Assembly: GCF_004010195.1 (NCBI RefSeq)
Contig: NC_057718.1
Location: forward strand, 30,964,902 to 31,028,901
Reading direction: 5' to 3'
Origin: Chiloscyllium plagiosum
Lineage: Eukaryota
Length of the DNA: 64,000 bases
Every line of letters begins with the position of its first letter. Position 1 is the stretch's first letter. Below are positions 51,530-63,540 of this stretch, one piece after another. Both the position numbers and the translations under genes were made by a program. A model generated the notes under the pieces. That model was not told the DNA's origin. It saw only the letters and a program-made list of their open reading frames with translations, and did not search any database.

Positions 51530-51548
51530 CAGCGCCACCCAGTGGCCA
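51530..51548 (-). promoter_or_regulatory. CTCF binding motif
   Basis: Minus strand reads TGGCCACTGGGTGGCGCTG, a near-consensus CTCF core, within a CpG-rich island. Confidence 0.65.
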
Positions 51549-53119
51549 AGCACGAGCTGTCCGAGCTGTGCAAAAAGCCTTATCCAGAAGGACCATTACG
51601 CTGAAGAGCCAGTAAAGACAAGTTTGTAGGGTTATTTGCCAAGGAATTTCAAAATTACGTTCTACGCATTTCTGAATATACAATGCCGATTTTCTTTATT
51701 AAAAAAGAAATACATTGTCAGCAGCTCGTTTCTAGGGAAAATTAATTTTTACTTTAAGATCTCCAGTTGTTCTAAATTAATGCCTGAAAAAATACCAATT
51801 TATCATTGCTCCAGGTTTAAGCAGTCAAGTGTAATTCCACGTAAACTCATATTTTACGTCTTTCTTCACGAGTCAAGTAGACAAACCCCGCACAAAAACA
51901 GCGGATTTTAAATAATGGAAATTGTCCTTTTCTGGGCATCTGAGTCAATATTATATTTTCTGTTTTTAACAGATTGGGCTTTACAAAATCTCAGTCAGTG
52001 CAAGACTCTTGACCACAGAACTCACTGCACGATTCATGCAATCTTTAAGTATTAAGTTTTAGTATCTTATCCTTAGAAACGAATGATTCATCAGTTTTTT
52101 TATGCACTTACATTTTGTTCAGAAGCCGATCAGTCAATAGAAGAAAAGTTGAACGCAAGATTGGCGATAACAACATTGACAGAAAATCAACTCTCTGAAA
52201 TGTTGAAAGAATCTCATGGAACCATTTCTGAGTGAGAATGAGGCTATTAGGCCCATTGCGTCCGACGTAGTTCAAGAGGAGCTGCACATCTTTAAAACGC
52301 CCTCCCCTGATTTAATTCTTGAGGGTTGCATGTTACAGCGCTTCAAGGAGATCAGAGTAAACAAGACTAAATATAAAATGCAAATTCGCCACAGTTTTAC
52401 CAGACCATTGGGTCGCTCTCATTAGAGGGAGACAACCGGTGGTGGTTTAACCTGAGCGTCACCAGGGAATCCATGATCTGAGCCACAAAACAATGATAAA
52501 ACAATATATCCTCCTTTTGATCGGGGCCATATTGCTAGTTCATAACATGGAATGTGTTGACAATGGACCACACTGCACTACTTGCCATCAGAACAGGAGA
52601 ATGCAGATAATCTGCCAGGACATGAAAATGCATATGCAACTACAGCACTGCACAATATACACCTTACTGGCAGCAGAGAGAAAGTACATCTCCCACCAGA
52701 AAAGGAGAATATGCATCTACAGTCGTAACAGGAAAATACACATTTACCTTCATAGCACATGTAAGGTTTTGGGGTGTACTACAATGGCAATTGTTAGTCA
52801 TGGGTCAATTACAATTATAGACTGAGTTGGGAGAGCCAGTCAAAAGGTTAGTCCTGATTAGTTAGTAGCCCAACTCCAGTTATATGTTTTCAGCAATATT
52901 AGAGAATTCGTTAAGTTAAGCAAATCAAGCAAAAGAGATACAATTTTTTAAAATTTCAAAATATATTTTGAATATTTCTAATAATTTTTTAAAATTTATA
53001 AATGCCACTCTACTGTCAGAACATGGCAATGTACATCAAACCGAGACAATGTCTATCATCAGAACAGGAAATTATACATCTACTTGCAAAACAAGAGAGA
53101 AACTATTCTATTAACCTTT

Positions 53120-54088
53120 GGGGAAGGTGGTAGTGAAGTGATATTGATGCTAACAACACATGATGCCCATAATGCTCTGAAGACTCGGTCTGCATCCCAT
53201 CGTACCAGAAAAGGAAATTTGAGCCCAAATAAAACTTGTAACTAAACATCTAATAATGACCATGAAACGATTGTTTGCTTTGGTTCATAAATGGCATTTA
53301 AAAACCGAAATCTTACATCCTTATCTGATCTGACATTTAAGTGACTCCAGGCTCACAGCAATGTACTCTTCCCTTAATTATCCTCAAAAATAGCTTAGCA
53401 AGCCTCTTGGTTTTGTCAAACTGCCAAAAAGAACCAGAAAAGGAGTGAAACCAGCTGGGTCAGTTAGAATCATGCTAGCAACCAGAAATAATAATGGCAG
53501 AAACAGTTCTGTCGACACTGTAAAATCTGCTGTAGTAACATTGGGGCCAAGTGCCAAAATTGGGAGAGTTGTCTCATAGATTAGTCATATAAGCAGTATG
53601 GCTATCAGAGCAAGTCAGAAGCTAGGAATCCTGCACTGAGTAAATCACCTCCTGACCTTGTAAATCTTGGCTCGATCTACAAGGCTCAAGTCAGGAGTGT
53701 GTTGGAATACTCCCCAGTTGCTTGGTTGAGTACAGCTGCAACAGCACTCAAGGAGTTCAATATCATCCAGGACAGAACACCTGACTGGCACCACATTCCC
53801 AAGCATTCCAACCCCATACCATTGATTTTTATTAGTAGTATCTATGAGAGGCACTGTAGAAATTTAGCAAGGATTTTTAGTCAGCCACTTCCATCTTGAA
53901 GGACAAGGGCAGCAGATACATGGGAACACCGTCATCTGCAAATTTCCCCCCAAGCTACTTGCCATCCTGAGTTTGAAATAAGAAGAACCAGGAGCAGGAG
54001 TAGAAAATTCAACCCTTCAAGGCTGCTCTACTATTTAATAAATGCTGGCCCAGCCAAAAATGCCCACATCCAATGAATGCATTAAAAA
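53120..54088 (+). mobile_element. Decayed LINE-derived element with a tRNA-like head
   Basis: SINE-like head at ~53120-53230, LINE ORF2 C-terminal remnant (IYKAQVRSVLEYSP.AW) at ~53675-53730 and a tail ending GCCCACATCCAATGAATG. Confidence 0.55.
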
Positions 54089-54795
54089 CATATTTAGCTT
54101 GCTGATGGACTGGTATTCTGGTCCATGACCACAGGTCACAGGGCTTATACATTTTTTTGTGTGGTTATTCTCTGCAGACAGTCATTCAGGAAATATCAAG
54201 GTAAACTCTCTCAGAGGCTCCTCATGACAGCAGCTGGATCAGTATTCCAGGTACCACACTGGATGCACAACAAAGCTTTTTTTTCTGAAATACAAGGGTT
54301 AAGCTAGTATTCAGCTGGCTGGATACCAACTCTCACTGCATCCAAAATACTGCTCAAAGTGAAGGTACTGTTTGGCAAACATAAAGCCCAGGCAGGCAAC
54401 CTGTTTTGATTGGCTGAAACCACATGGTTTCTGTGCAACACTTTGTGATAAAATATTGTTCCAATGTCCGAAGTGACCTTTTCTTAAAGAAAAAAGAAAC
54501 AACCAGGTATTCATAGAATGTAAAATAAATCCATTATTCCACAATCCTTCAAAATGCAAGTCCTCTAAAAGAAATGTGAAGCTTTTTAAAATAAAGTTAA
54601 AAAATGAATGCTTACAGATCAAAATGGGTGTTTGCACCCACTGAACTGTTAAAAATTGGACCTTTACTGATGATACTTTTGGAATATTTGTAAAAATATT
54701 TATTTAGAATTGATATGCATAACACAAGGCAACTTCAGCAGGGAAACTATTCGTTTCTCTCTGTATGGAAATATGTATAAACATTCCTGGAAGCA

Positions 54796-54894
54796 TCTGA
54801 GGAAGGGTCACTCAAACAGAAACATAAATTCTGATTTCTCTCTAGAGATGCTGCCAGACATGCTGAGCTTTTCCAGCAATTTCTATTTACGTTT
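54796..54894 (+). mobile_element. Single-arm hammerhead-bearing PLE end element, family B
   Basis: CTGAGGA-AGGGTCACTCAAACA-GAAAC at 54797-54823 (stem II decayed). 13-bp TSD CTGGAAGCATCTG at 54787-54799 and 54895-54907. Confidence 0.8.
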
Positions 54895-56234
54895 CTGGAA
54901 GCATCTGGGTCATCCAGGTCAGGTTACCATGTTGATGTGGAAGAAAATCCAGAAGAGAGTCTCCTTTCAGTCCAGCTAGGGAGCAGAATTGCACCTTCAT
55001 AAGCTATTGAAATCAACACATGCTGTGCCAACTATCATTTGTCCTCTGGTATCAGTGAATTGCCCTCAATGCCACATATTGATTGTGTACTTTTACTGTC
55101 TATTTATCCAAACCACTAGCACTACACTACTGCTTTTTAATAAATATAATCAATTACATTAAAATGACCTACAAATATTCAATTTCCTCTTATTAGATAA
55201 CCAATTTTCCCTAATCTGAGATCTTATACCGGGAGTTACAGCTACTGTAGGGAAATCAAAAGCCATAGAATTGTTTGAGACTGACATTTTGGTACCACTA
55301 ATGTTACAAAACCAGAAATAAGATGATTAAAGATAATTTTAAAGCCCAAACAGACAGAGGTTAACAAAATTAGGTCAAAAGAAGATGATTGAGGCTGTTA
55401 TAAGATTGGGAGTTTCATAATTTAGTTCAGACAGAAGGAGTCTATTAATGCTGCAGGAATGAGGTTTTATTTGAGAAAGTCATTGAAAAAGACAAGCATT
55501 TGTCCATGAAAAGCAGGAAACTTCCATTTTGCCTGCAGAAAGTAGGAACCTTTTGTTTTGACTGCATCAGGCATGAAATTTTCATTTTACCCCATTAAAT
55601 AGTACAGAGATGTGGCATTGCTTTAGTACATAAATTAAGTATTTTAAGGCAAGGGAAAGGAAACAATATTTCTACTTGAAAGAATTAAAAGTTTATTAAA
55701 GATAACAAAACAACATTGATTTAAAGCAGGATTAAATATCTCCTTCAAAACAACCAGAGTAAAGCAGCATTGAGATACTAAAAAATTGAAAAGTTTTAAA
55801 CAAAGCATACATAATTGCATTAGGAAGAAATGTCAGGGAAAATAATAGTACGTCACAGATTTTCTTTCAGCTTTGGACGAAATGAAGCATTTGATTGGAC
55901 ATCTTGGAGAAAACAGTTCTTAAGATGCAGAATTTCTTCTAAGCTAAATATTAAATCACAAGCTGAACAAATAGGTACACTAAAGGGTCCACAGCTGATG
56001 ATGCTAAAGCCCATCAAAACAAAACAAAAGAACAAAAAAATTTGACAATTACTTCAATCTGAGAATAAACAACTCTCATGAAAGAGCCAGATATAACAGA
56101 AGAATTCGGCATTTGGAAAATCTGAATAATGTTCTCTACAGATCAGTGGAAAACTGTGATATGGAGTTTTGTAATGAGAGTTAATAAGAGACATCCTTGC
56201 CAAAGCATCCATGCCCTTCGAATAGGGTGGTGAC

Positions 56235-56770
56235 TAGAACTGCAGACAACATTCCAAATGTGGCCTGACTATGGTTTTATACAGCTGTAAAATGACTTGC
56301 CAACTTTTATATTTGATGCCCCACCAATGAAGGCAAGCATGCTTGTATGCCTTCTTGACTACCTTATCCACCTGTGTTGCCACTTTCAGGGATCTGTGCT
56401 GCTGTATGCCCAGATCTCTCTGTATGTCAATGCTCCTAAGTGTTATGCCATTTATTGTATAATTCACACTGAAATTCAATTTTCTAAAATGTATCGCCTC
56501 ACATTTGTCTGGATTAAACCGATCTGCCATTTCTCTGCCCTAATTTGCAATTGATCTATATTCTGTTGTTCCTTTGACAATCCTCCTTACTGTCAGCAGC
56601 TCTGTCAATTTTGGTGCTATGTGCAAATTTACTAATCAGACCACCTACATTTTCCACCAGATCACTTGTATATATTATAAACAACAAAGGCCCAGCACTG
56701 ATTCCTATGGAATACCACTAGTTACAGATGTCAATTCCAAAAAGCACCCTTCCACTGCAACTCTCTGCTT
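56235..56770 (-). mobile_element. CR1-type LINE RT fragment
   Basis: FNPDKCEAIHF...QRDLGI...LYKTIVRPHLECC. Confidence 0.85.
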
Positions 56771-58384
56771 TTCATATAAAATGGATGAGTTGCATACTAT
56801 CAGTACAATTTCTTTCACGCCAATGAAAATTAGTTTGAACCTGATTATTTTCAATTAAATACTACAGTTAGGCAATAAATGCCAGTTGTGAGATTTATTC
56901 AACAACAAAAATTATACCTCATGACAATAACTCCTGTAGGGATCTTCCTAATTTTAAAATCCAATTAGAGTCATAGAGATGTATAGCACGGAAACAGGCC
57001 CTTTGATTGCATGAAAGGTTTTATGAGGAACATGTAACCTTGTCAGGGGTGTACTGCATTTCTGTTAATTTTGTGGAGAGAAATAAGAAATAATCTATCT
57101 TAACTTTTACTTTTTCAATCTAAGAATGACAAGAAGAGAAAAGAGGATGAAGTGCATAAATGAACATAAAGGACACAGGAGAACTCATGCAACACATATG
57201 AGTTTCTTCACTAGCACTACCACATAAAGGTTAGGCATGGCTGAAGATTTAATTCAGGAGATGTTATTACTTTGATTTTTATTTTATAAACAAGTTAATC
57301 TCTTATGGCATTATTCATGGTAAGTTCGATGAACCTTTTTTATATGCAGAGTGTTAAACCCTTTCCATATTACCTTGTTTCGTTCTTTGGTTCACCCTTT
57401 ACCAGTTACATTTCCTCATGACCTAATGCCCTCACCATTATTCCTCCTCACATCATCATGATGGTATTTTGTTCCACTAACATCAGCCACCCCCCACTTG
57501 TCATCCTGCTATATTTATTACCTGTTCTGTGACAGCCTCTTGCTCCCCATTATGAATCCCTAGTGCTCTGTGCACCTTGCTCCTTCTCACAACATTGTAG
57601 CCTTTAGATGGTAAAAACCTGTTTCTTCAATTCATTTCAAGACTTGAAAGTCCAGGCTGGGCTTTGTTGAAGTTTCCATTTGGCACTGATCAACAATATT
57701 TATATTAGTTAATTCTAAATATTAATGAACCATCATGGATATGATCACTTCAAATAAGAATAATAAATGCTTCTTTCCTATAGCAGCACCAATCAAATAC
57801 GTAAGTCACACCAAAGAAAATCACTAAGATAATTAGATTTGGGAGCTCTATTTGTATCAATTTTATGAGAGGATTTCTCAATATTCAGTTTAGTTGTATG
57901 TGGAGAAAAGGATGAAGACAAATTAAAATTGATATTTTGTGTCTTGGTTTCTGGAGGAAAGAAATAAATCTAAAAATAAATATCCCTAAGTGATCTATGG
58001 ATAATGATTCGATTTAAAGAATAATAACAAATTTTCTGTCATTTTGATGCAAGCTACATTTAATTGATTAATGTTGTAGTTGATTGTAACTGAATTGGTG
58101 TAGACCAATCTTTACAGATGAATAGTGATTTGTGATAGTAGACTATCACTGAAAAAAAGTTGACAATAGAGAGAAATGGATTAATTTCAAAAGAGTCATT
58201 TTGAGTGACAGGATTAAAAAGTGGTCTGCATGTGTGGCTGAACCTGCCACCTCTCAAATTTCATCTAATTTCATCACTGTTTTTTGCTGCTGTTAGCAGA
58301 CTGGTAATGGCCTCAAAACGGGGTGCACAGACTTATTGGCCATTATCATTGAAGGTGAAAGGGACCTATGGCCAGCTGACCAAA

Positions 58385-58647
58385 GCAGCATGGTGGCTCA
58401 GTAGTTAGCAGTGCTGTCTCACTGCACCTGGGTCCTGCATCAATTCCAGCCTTACGCAATTGTCTGTCCAGTTCTACCTCCTACAGTCCAAAGACGTGTG
58501 GGTCAGGTGGATTGGCCATTGTGTCCAGAGATGCGCAGGCTAGTTGGGTTAGCTATGAGAAATGCAAGAATAGGGGTAGAGTTGGAGGGTCAGTGTGGGC
58601 ACATTGGGCTGAAAGGCCTGCTTCAACACTGCAGGAATTCGATGATT
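58385..58647 (+). mobile_element. Decayed HE1/V-SINE-like SINE
   Basis: GCAGCATGGTGGCTCAGTAGTTAGCAGTGCTG head, ACAGTCCAAAGACGTG central domain and GGGCTGAAAGGCCTG tail. Confidence 0.7.
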
Positions 58648-58744
58648 TGAAACCAATTGTCTGTTTAAGAGAAAGGTTCCTTTTAATTTGAGAATAGGTG
58701 GTGGGGGAGGTCCAGCAGCATAAACAAAATCCCAAATTCTTCTT

Positions 58745-61290
58745 TAGAACATAGCACAGTACAGCACAGTACAGGCCCTTCAGTCCTTCATGTTGTGCTG
58801 CCCTTTTAACCTACTCTAAGATCAAACTAACTGACATACCTTTCATTTTAGTACCATCCATGTGCCTATCCAATAGTCGCTTAAATGTCCTTAATGTATC
58901 TGACTCTACTACCACTGCTAATAGTGCATTCCACATACCCACCATTCTCTGTGTAAAGAACTGACCTCTGACATCTCCCCTAAACCTTCCTCAAATCACC
59001 TCAATATTATGCCTCTGTGTGATAGTCATTTCTGCCCTGGGAAAAAGTCTCTGTCTATTCACTCTATTTATGCCTCTCATCACCTTGTACACTTCCACCA
59101 AGTCGCCTCTCACCCTTCTTCACTCCAATGAGAAAAGCCTTAGCTCCCTCATCTCTCCTCATAAGACATGCCCTCCAGTCCAGGCAGCATCCTGGTAAAT
59201 CTCCTCTGCACCCTCTCTAATGCTTTCACATCCTTCCTATAATGAGATGACTAGAACTGAGCACAATTTTCCAAGTGTGGTCTAACCAGGGCTCTATAAA
59301 GCTGCAGCATAACCTCGTGGTTCTTAAACTCAACCCCCCTGCTAATGAAAGCTAATATACACCACAAGCCTTCTTAATAGCCCTATTAACTTGGGTGGCA
59401 ACTTTGAGGGATCTGAAGGCAGTTCATGGGTGTTGGATCTATGGACATGGACACCGAGATCCCTCTGTTCCTCCATACTGCCAAGAATCCTGCCTTTAAA
59501 CCTGCAATCTGCATGCCAATTTGACCTTCCAAAATGAATCACTTCACACTATTCCAGTTTGATCTCCACCTGCCACTTCTCAGCCCAGGTCTGCATCCTG
59601 CCAATGTCCTGTTGCAACCTACAATAGCCTCCACACTTATCCACCACTCCACCAATTTTTCTGTCATCAGCAAACTTACTAACTCACCCTTCCACTTCCT
59701 CATCCAAGTGATTTATTAAAAATCACGAAGAGCAGAGGTCCTAGAACCGATCTCTGCAGAACACCACTGGTCACCAAGCTCCAGGCTGAATACTTTCCAT
59801 CAACCATCATTCTCTGTCTTCTATGAGCCAGCCAATTCTGTATCCAGAAGCCAAATTCCCCTGTATCCCATGCCTCCTTACTTTCTGAATGAGCGTACCA
59901 CAGGGAACCTTATAAAACACCTTGCTAAAACCCATGTCCACCAAATCCACTGCTCTACCTTCATCCATGTGGTGTATCACATCATCAGTGAATTCAATAA
60001 GGCTTGTGAGGCATGACCTGCCCCTCACAAAGCCAAGTTGACTATTTCTAATCAAACTATGGTTTTCTAAGTAATCATAAATCCGATCTCCTGGAATCCA
60101 ATACATTGCCTATCACAGATGTAAGACTGACTGGTCTGTAATTCCCAGGACTTTCTCTATTTTCTTTCTTGAACAAGGGATAAAATTTTCCATCCTCCAA
60201 TCATCTGGCACTACTCCAGTGTGTCACAAAGCTGGTCCTTTTACAAGGTTATGTTGTCCTTGATTTTTTTCAGAGAGGTTCTAAACGACCCATTGTTCCA
60301 TCATGTCTGAAATTTGCATGGTTCATTGGGGCCCTTTTGTTTATACCTAACAGGTAATGATTCAGGCAGAAAGCATTCGTCTTTTTTTTAAAAAAAAACT
60401 GGTATAATCAGGGGGGCATGGCCAGCTCTCTAGCTGCGCAGGTCAGTTCAGTTTGGGGGTTAGTTGAGTCAGGGTCACAGTTGAAACTGGAAGCTCTCTC
60501 TGTCCTTCTGCCCTTCTGACTTTGTAACCTGTAAGCTTTCTGTGTCATTTTTACTGATTGTGCTAAGGGGTCTGTTTATTGGGATTGTTGCAAGTATTTT
60601 GGAACAGCATTATTAACTTGGGATAGCCTGTTGGGTTTGGATATGATAAGTTTTTCAAGTATTCTATTTTTGGTTCATTGTGTTTTATTCCATAATGTTG
60701 TAAATTAATTCTGTTTGTTAAAACTTAGCAGTCTGACCAGCTAATTCACTCCTGGAATATCCACTGTGCACTTATCTGAAACAAATAGCAAAGTTACAGT
60801 CTGGGCTACTTGCTTAAAACTGTTTGAGGGGTCGGACCTGGTCCATGACAAGTGGACAGTGAGGACACAAAGATCATCGCCAAAGGCACAGCAATTTCTT
60901 CCCTCTCTTCCTGTAGTAATCTTGGGTATATCCCATCTGGCCCAGGGGAGACATTGATCCTTATGTCTTATAAATTTTCAGCACATCCTCCTTCTTAACA
61001 TCAGCCTGAGCAAGCATATCAGCCTATTTCACACTGTCCTCACAAATGACAAGATCTCTCTCACTAGTGAATACTGAAGCAAAGTATTCATTAAGGACTT
61101 CTACTACTTCCTCCAACTCCGGTCACACGTCGCTCCACTGTCCCTGATTGGCCCTACACTCATTCTGGCCAACCTCTTGTTTCTCACATAAATGTAGAAT
61201 GCCTTAGGGTTTTCCTTAATCCTATCTATTAAAGCTTTCTCATGCCCCCTTCTAGCTCTTCAATGTCTAATCTTCGGTTCCTTCCTGGCT
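58745..61290 (-). mobile_element. CR1-type LINE fragment interrupted by a solo LTR
   Basis: Tail at 58745, SKFADD (GTCATCAGCAAACTTACT ~59665), GFVRGRSCLTSLIEF. The sequence resumes after 60854. Confidence 0.88.
60222..60850 (+). mobile_element. Solo LTR (629 bp), probably Gypsy-type
   Basis: Termini TGTCA...TGACA and a 4-bp TSD AGTG at 60218-60221 and 60851-60854. It cleanly splits the CR1. Strand inferred from loose similarity to 30432-31087. Confidence 0.85.
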
Positions 61291-63409
61291 AGCTAGGAAG
61301 CTACCAAGGCAGTTCATGGGTGTTGGAGTCCAGGTGTCTCAATTAATATGTTAAAATGTCATTATGGACTCTGGAGGCCCTGGGACCCATAAAAGTGATC
61401 TGAATAGCTACTATCTTGCAACTCTGCATTTGGCATTTTCTCTTCCCCTATTGCTGGTAGTTGCTTTGACCCAATCTTGAAACCTTGATCTGGAAGGCTG
61501 CATCAGGATGTATGATTGGTGTCCCACAGCTAACCAATAAAATTTCAATAAGGCATGGGCTTGAAAATCACTGGGATTTTTTCACTACTGCAAGGGGCAG
61601 CTATCCACCCAGAAGTCAAAATCAATGCCAGAGTAATTAAAATGGGATCTGGGTAGATTTTCCACATTACTAGTGATCCATTACCAGCACAAAATTGAAA
61701 ATCCCATGGTACATGTGACATTCAGATAGGCCCTCTCTTCAGGTGAGGTGTGTGGATGTGGAAACCTCATCCTTACATTTCCCTTCCATTTGCCTTGACC
61801 TTTCAGCCTGTAGTCAACAGAGAGAATTGGAACATTAAAAGCTAAACCTCCACCCCACCACCTCCAAATTTTATTTTTATTTCATGTGCTTCACTTGCTC
61901 TCACTTAGAAAAACAAAATTAAATGGACCTCTAGACTTCAACTTGTTCAAGCTTGATGTCAATGTTGTTCCATTATTGCCTAATACGCTCCTATAAATAA
62001 CTTCTATAAGATGGCACCAATGCTCTTGTTCCACCCTTTACTTGCCCCGCATCCTCTATTTCTAAGACTGAATGCTTCACTACAATGGTGTGATGATACT
62101 TAGTATACTTTGACAACAGCAACCATGCATGGCTGAATGATAGTCGAAGCTGGGATTTGAACCTAGGTCCTTGGTTGGCTAGAATTACCTGACTGCACAG
62201 TCCTATATATTTAACAAGGGAGTTAACTTTCTTTGCTCATGGGTAATACATTTTATATGAAATTACTTTACACTGAAAAATTTATTTGATATGATGGTAC
62301 TGCAGATAATTTCTGCAGCATTTTAACAAAGGTTGCCATTCAGAAGGCACATGCTATAAAATTGCTGTGTTTAGAAAGAAACCATTTCTATTCCATCACT
62401 TCACTTCACAATCTGCATGTCGTTACAGGATTTCAAACATTTAAGCCCGATCAAATTTCCTGCTTTATTTAGATTCAAGTTGCAACAGCACTCTGACAAT
62501 TCAAGTATGAATATCTGAAACCAGAGCCCCTTTCTCATAAATCAAACAAGTTCAAAACATGAAACAATGTCAATGGCTCAATTTGACTAACATGCATCCA
62601 TTGACTGTGACACAGGCAGCATATAAACATTGTTGCTTTAAATGATTTCAGCATCCAACTGTGCTATGAATTGGGTGGACATCTGAGAATGCGGGCAATA
62701 TTCTGCATGGTTCACCCCACTTAAATTAGATTTCACTTTATAAAGCTAGCTTGATCCTCTAAGGGAAACTTGTACTGAGGCTCATAAAGAAGCTAACAAT
62801 CCTGAGGGAGCTGAAGCTGACCTTGGAATGACACGAGAATCGTGCAGCCTGGGAGATGCTGTCAAGGAGGCCAAGATAATGCAAAGCTGGAGAGGGTCAT
62901 AAGCACCTCCAGAAGAATGCTCAGAAGGTAATGGAAATAAATAACTGCTGACAGCAAATGCAGGAGTTAAGGGCCAAGGATTTGGATGCAATGTTACTAA
63001 AAATTCAATAATATCACATGGTTATGTTAGTGAGTGTGCCTTCATATGCTATATATTATCAACTGCTCTACTAAACCCAGACAGAGCTCAATTCATTACA
63101 GCCTCATCTTTAACTTGACAACAACATTGCAATCAGGACTCATACTTAACATTTGTGAGCGAAACCAAACCTTCACACTTTAAGCAGTATTGCAAGCCTC
63201 ATATTTACATCTCTCAGCTTGCACGTACTACTAGCCAATCAAACATGACAACCACATCAACCAAACAGACTGCATGATACTTCTGGATGCACATTCCTCT
63301 TTCTTACAGGGCAAGGGGGAACACAATCAAGGTAGGCAGTGGGCACTACTGGAAGATGTGTATCCTAACTTCCATGGAGGAAGTTACGCTCAGCATTATT
63401 GAGATGCTC

Positions 63410-63538
63410 GAGGAGAAAATGAGGTCTGCAGATGCTGGAGATCAAAGTTGAAACTTTATTGCTGGAACAGCACAGCAGGTCAGGCAGCATCCAGGGAACA
63501 GGAGATTCGACGTTTCGGGCACAGGCCCTTCTTCAGGA
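63410..63538 (-). mobile_element. Single-arm hammerhead-bearing PLE end element, family A
   Basis: 13-bp TSD ATTATTGAGATGC at 63395-63407 and 63539-63551. Contains the best-preserved hammerhead in the window. Confidence 0.88.
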
Positions 63539-63540
63539 AT
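63505..63540 (-). ncRNA. Minimal type-I hammerhead ribozyme motif
   Basis: AUUC-CUGAAGA-A-GGGC(CUGU)GCCC-GAAAC-GUC/GAAU. It has a 4-bp stem I, a 4-bp stem II, the full CUGANGA/GAAA core, a GUC triplet and a palindromic ACGU in place of stem III. Confidence 0.8.

Noticed and set aside
57601..62020. Weak plus-strand CTCF-like matches near 57601, 61587 and 62003
   Set aside because: Each has two or more mismatches at high-information positions. Not supportable without a PWM score or ChIP data.
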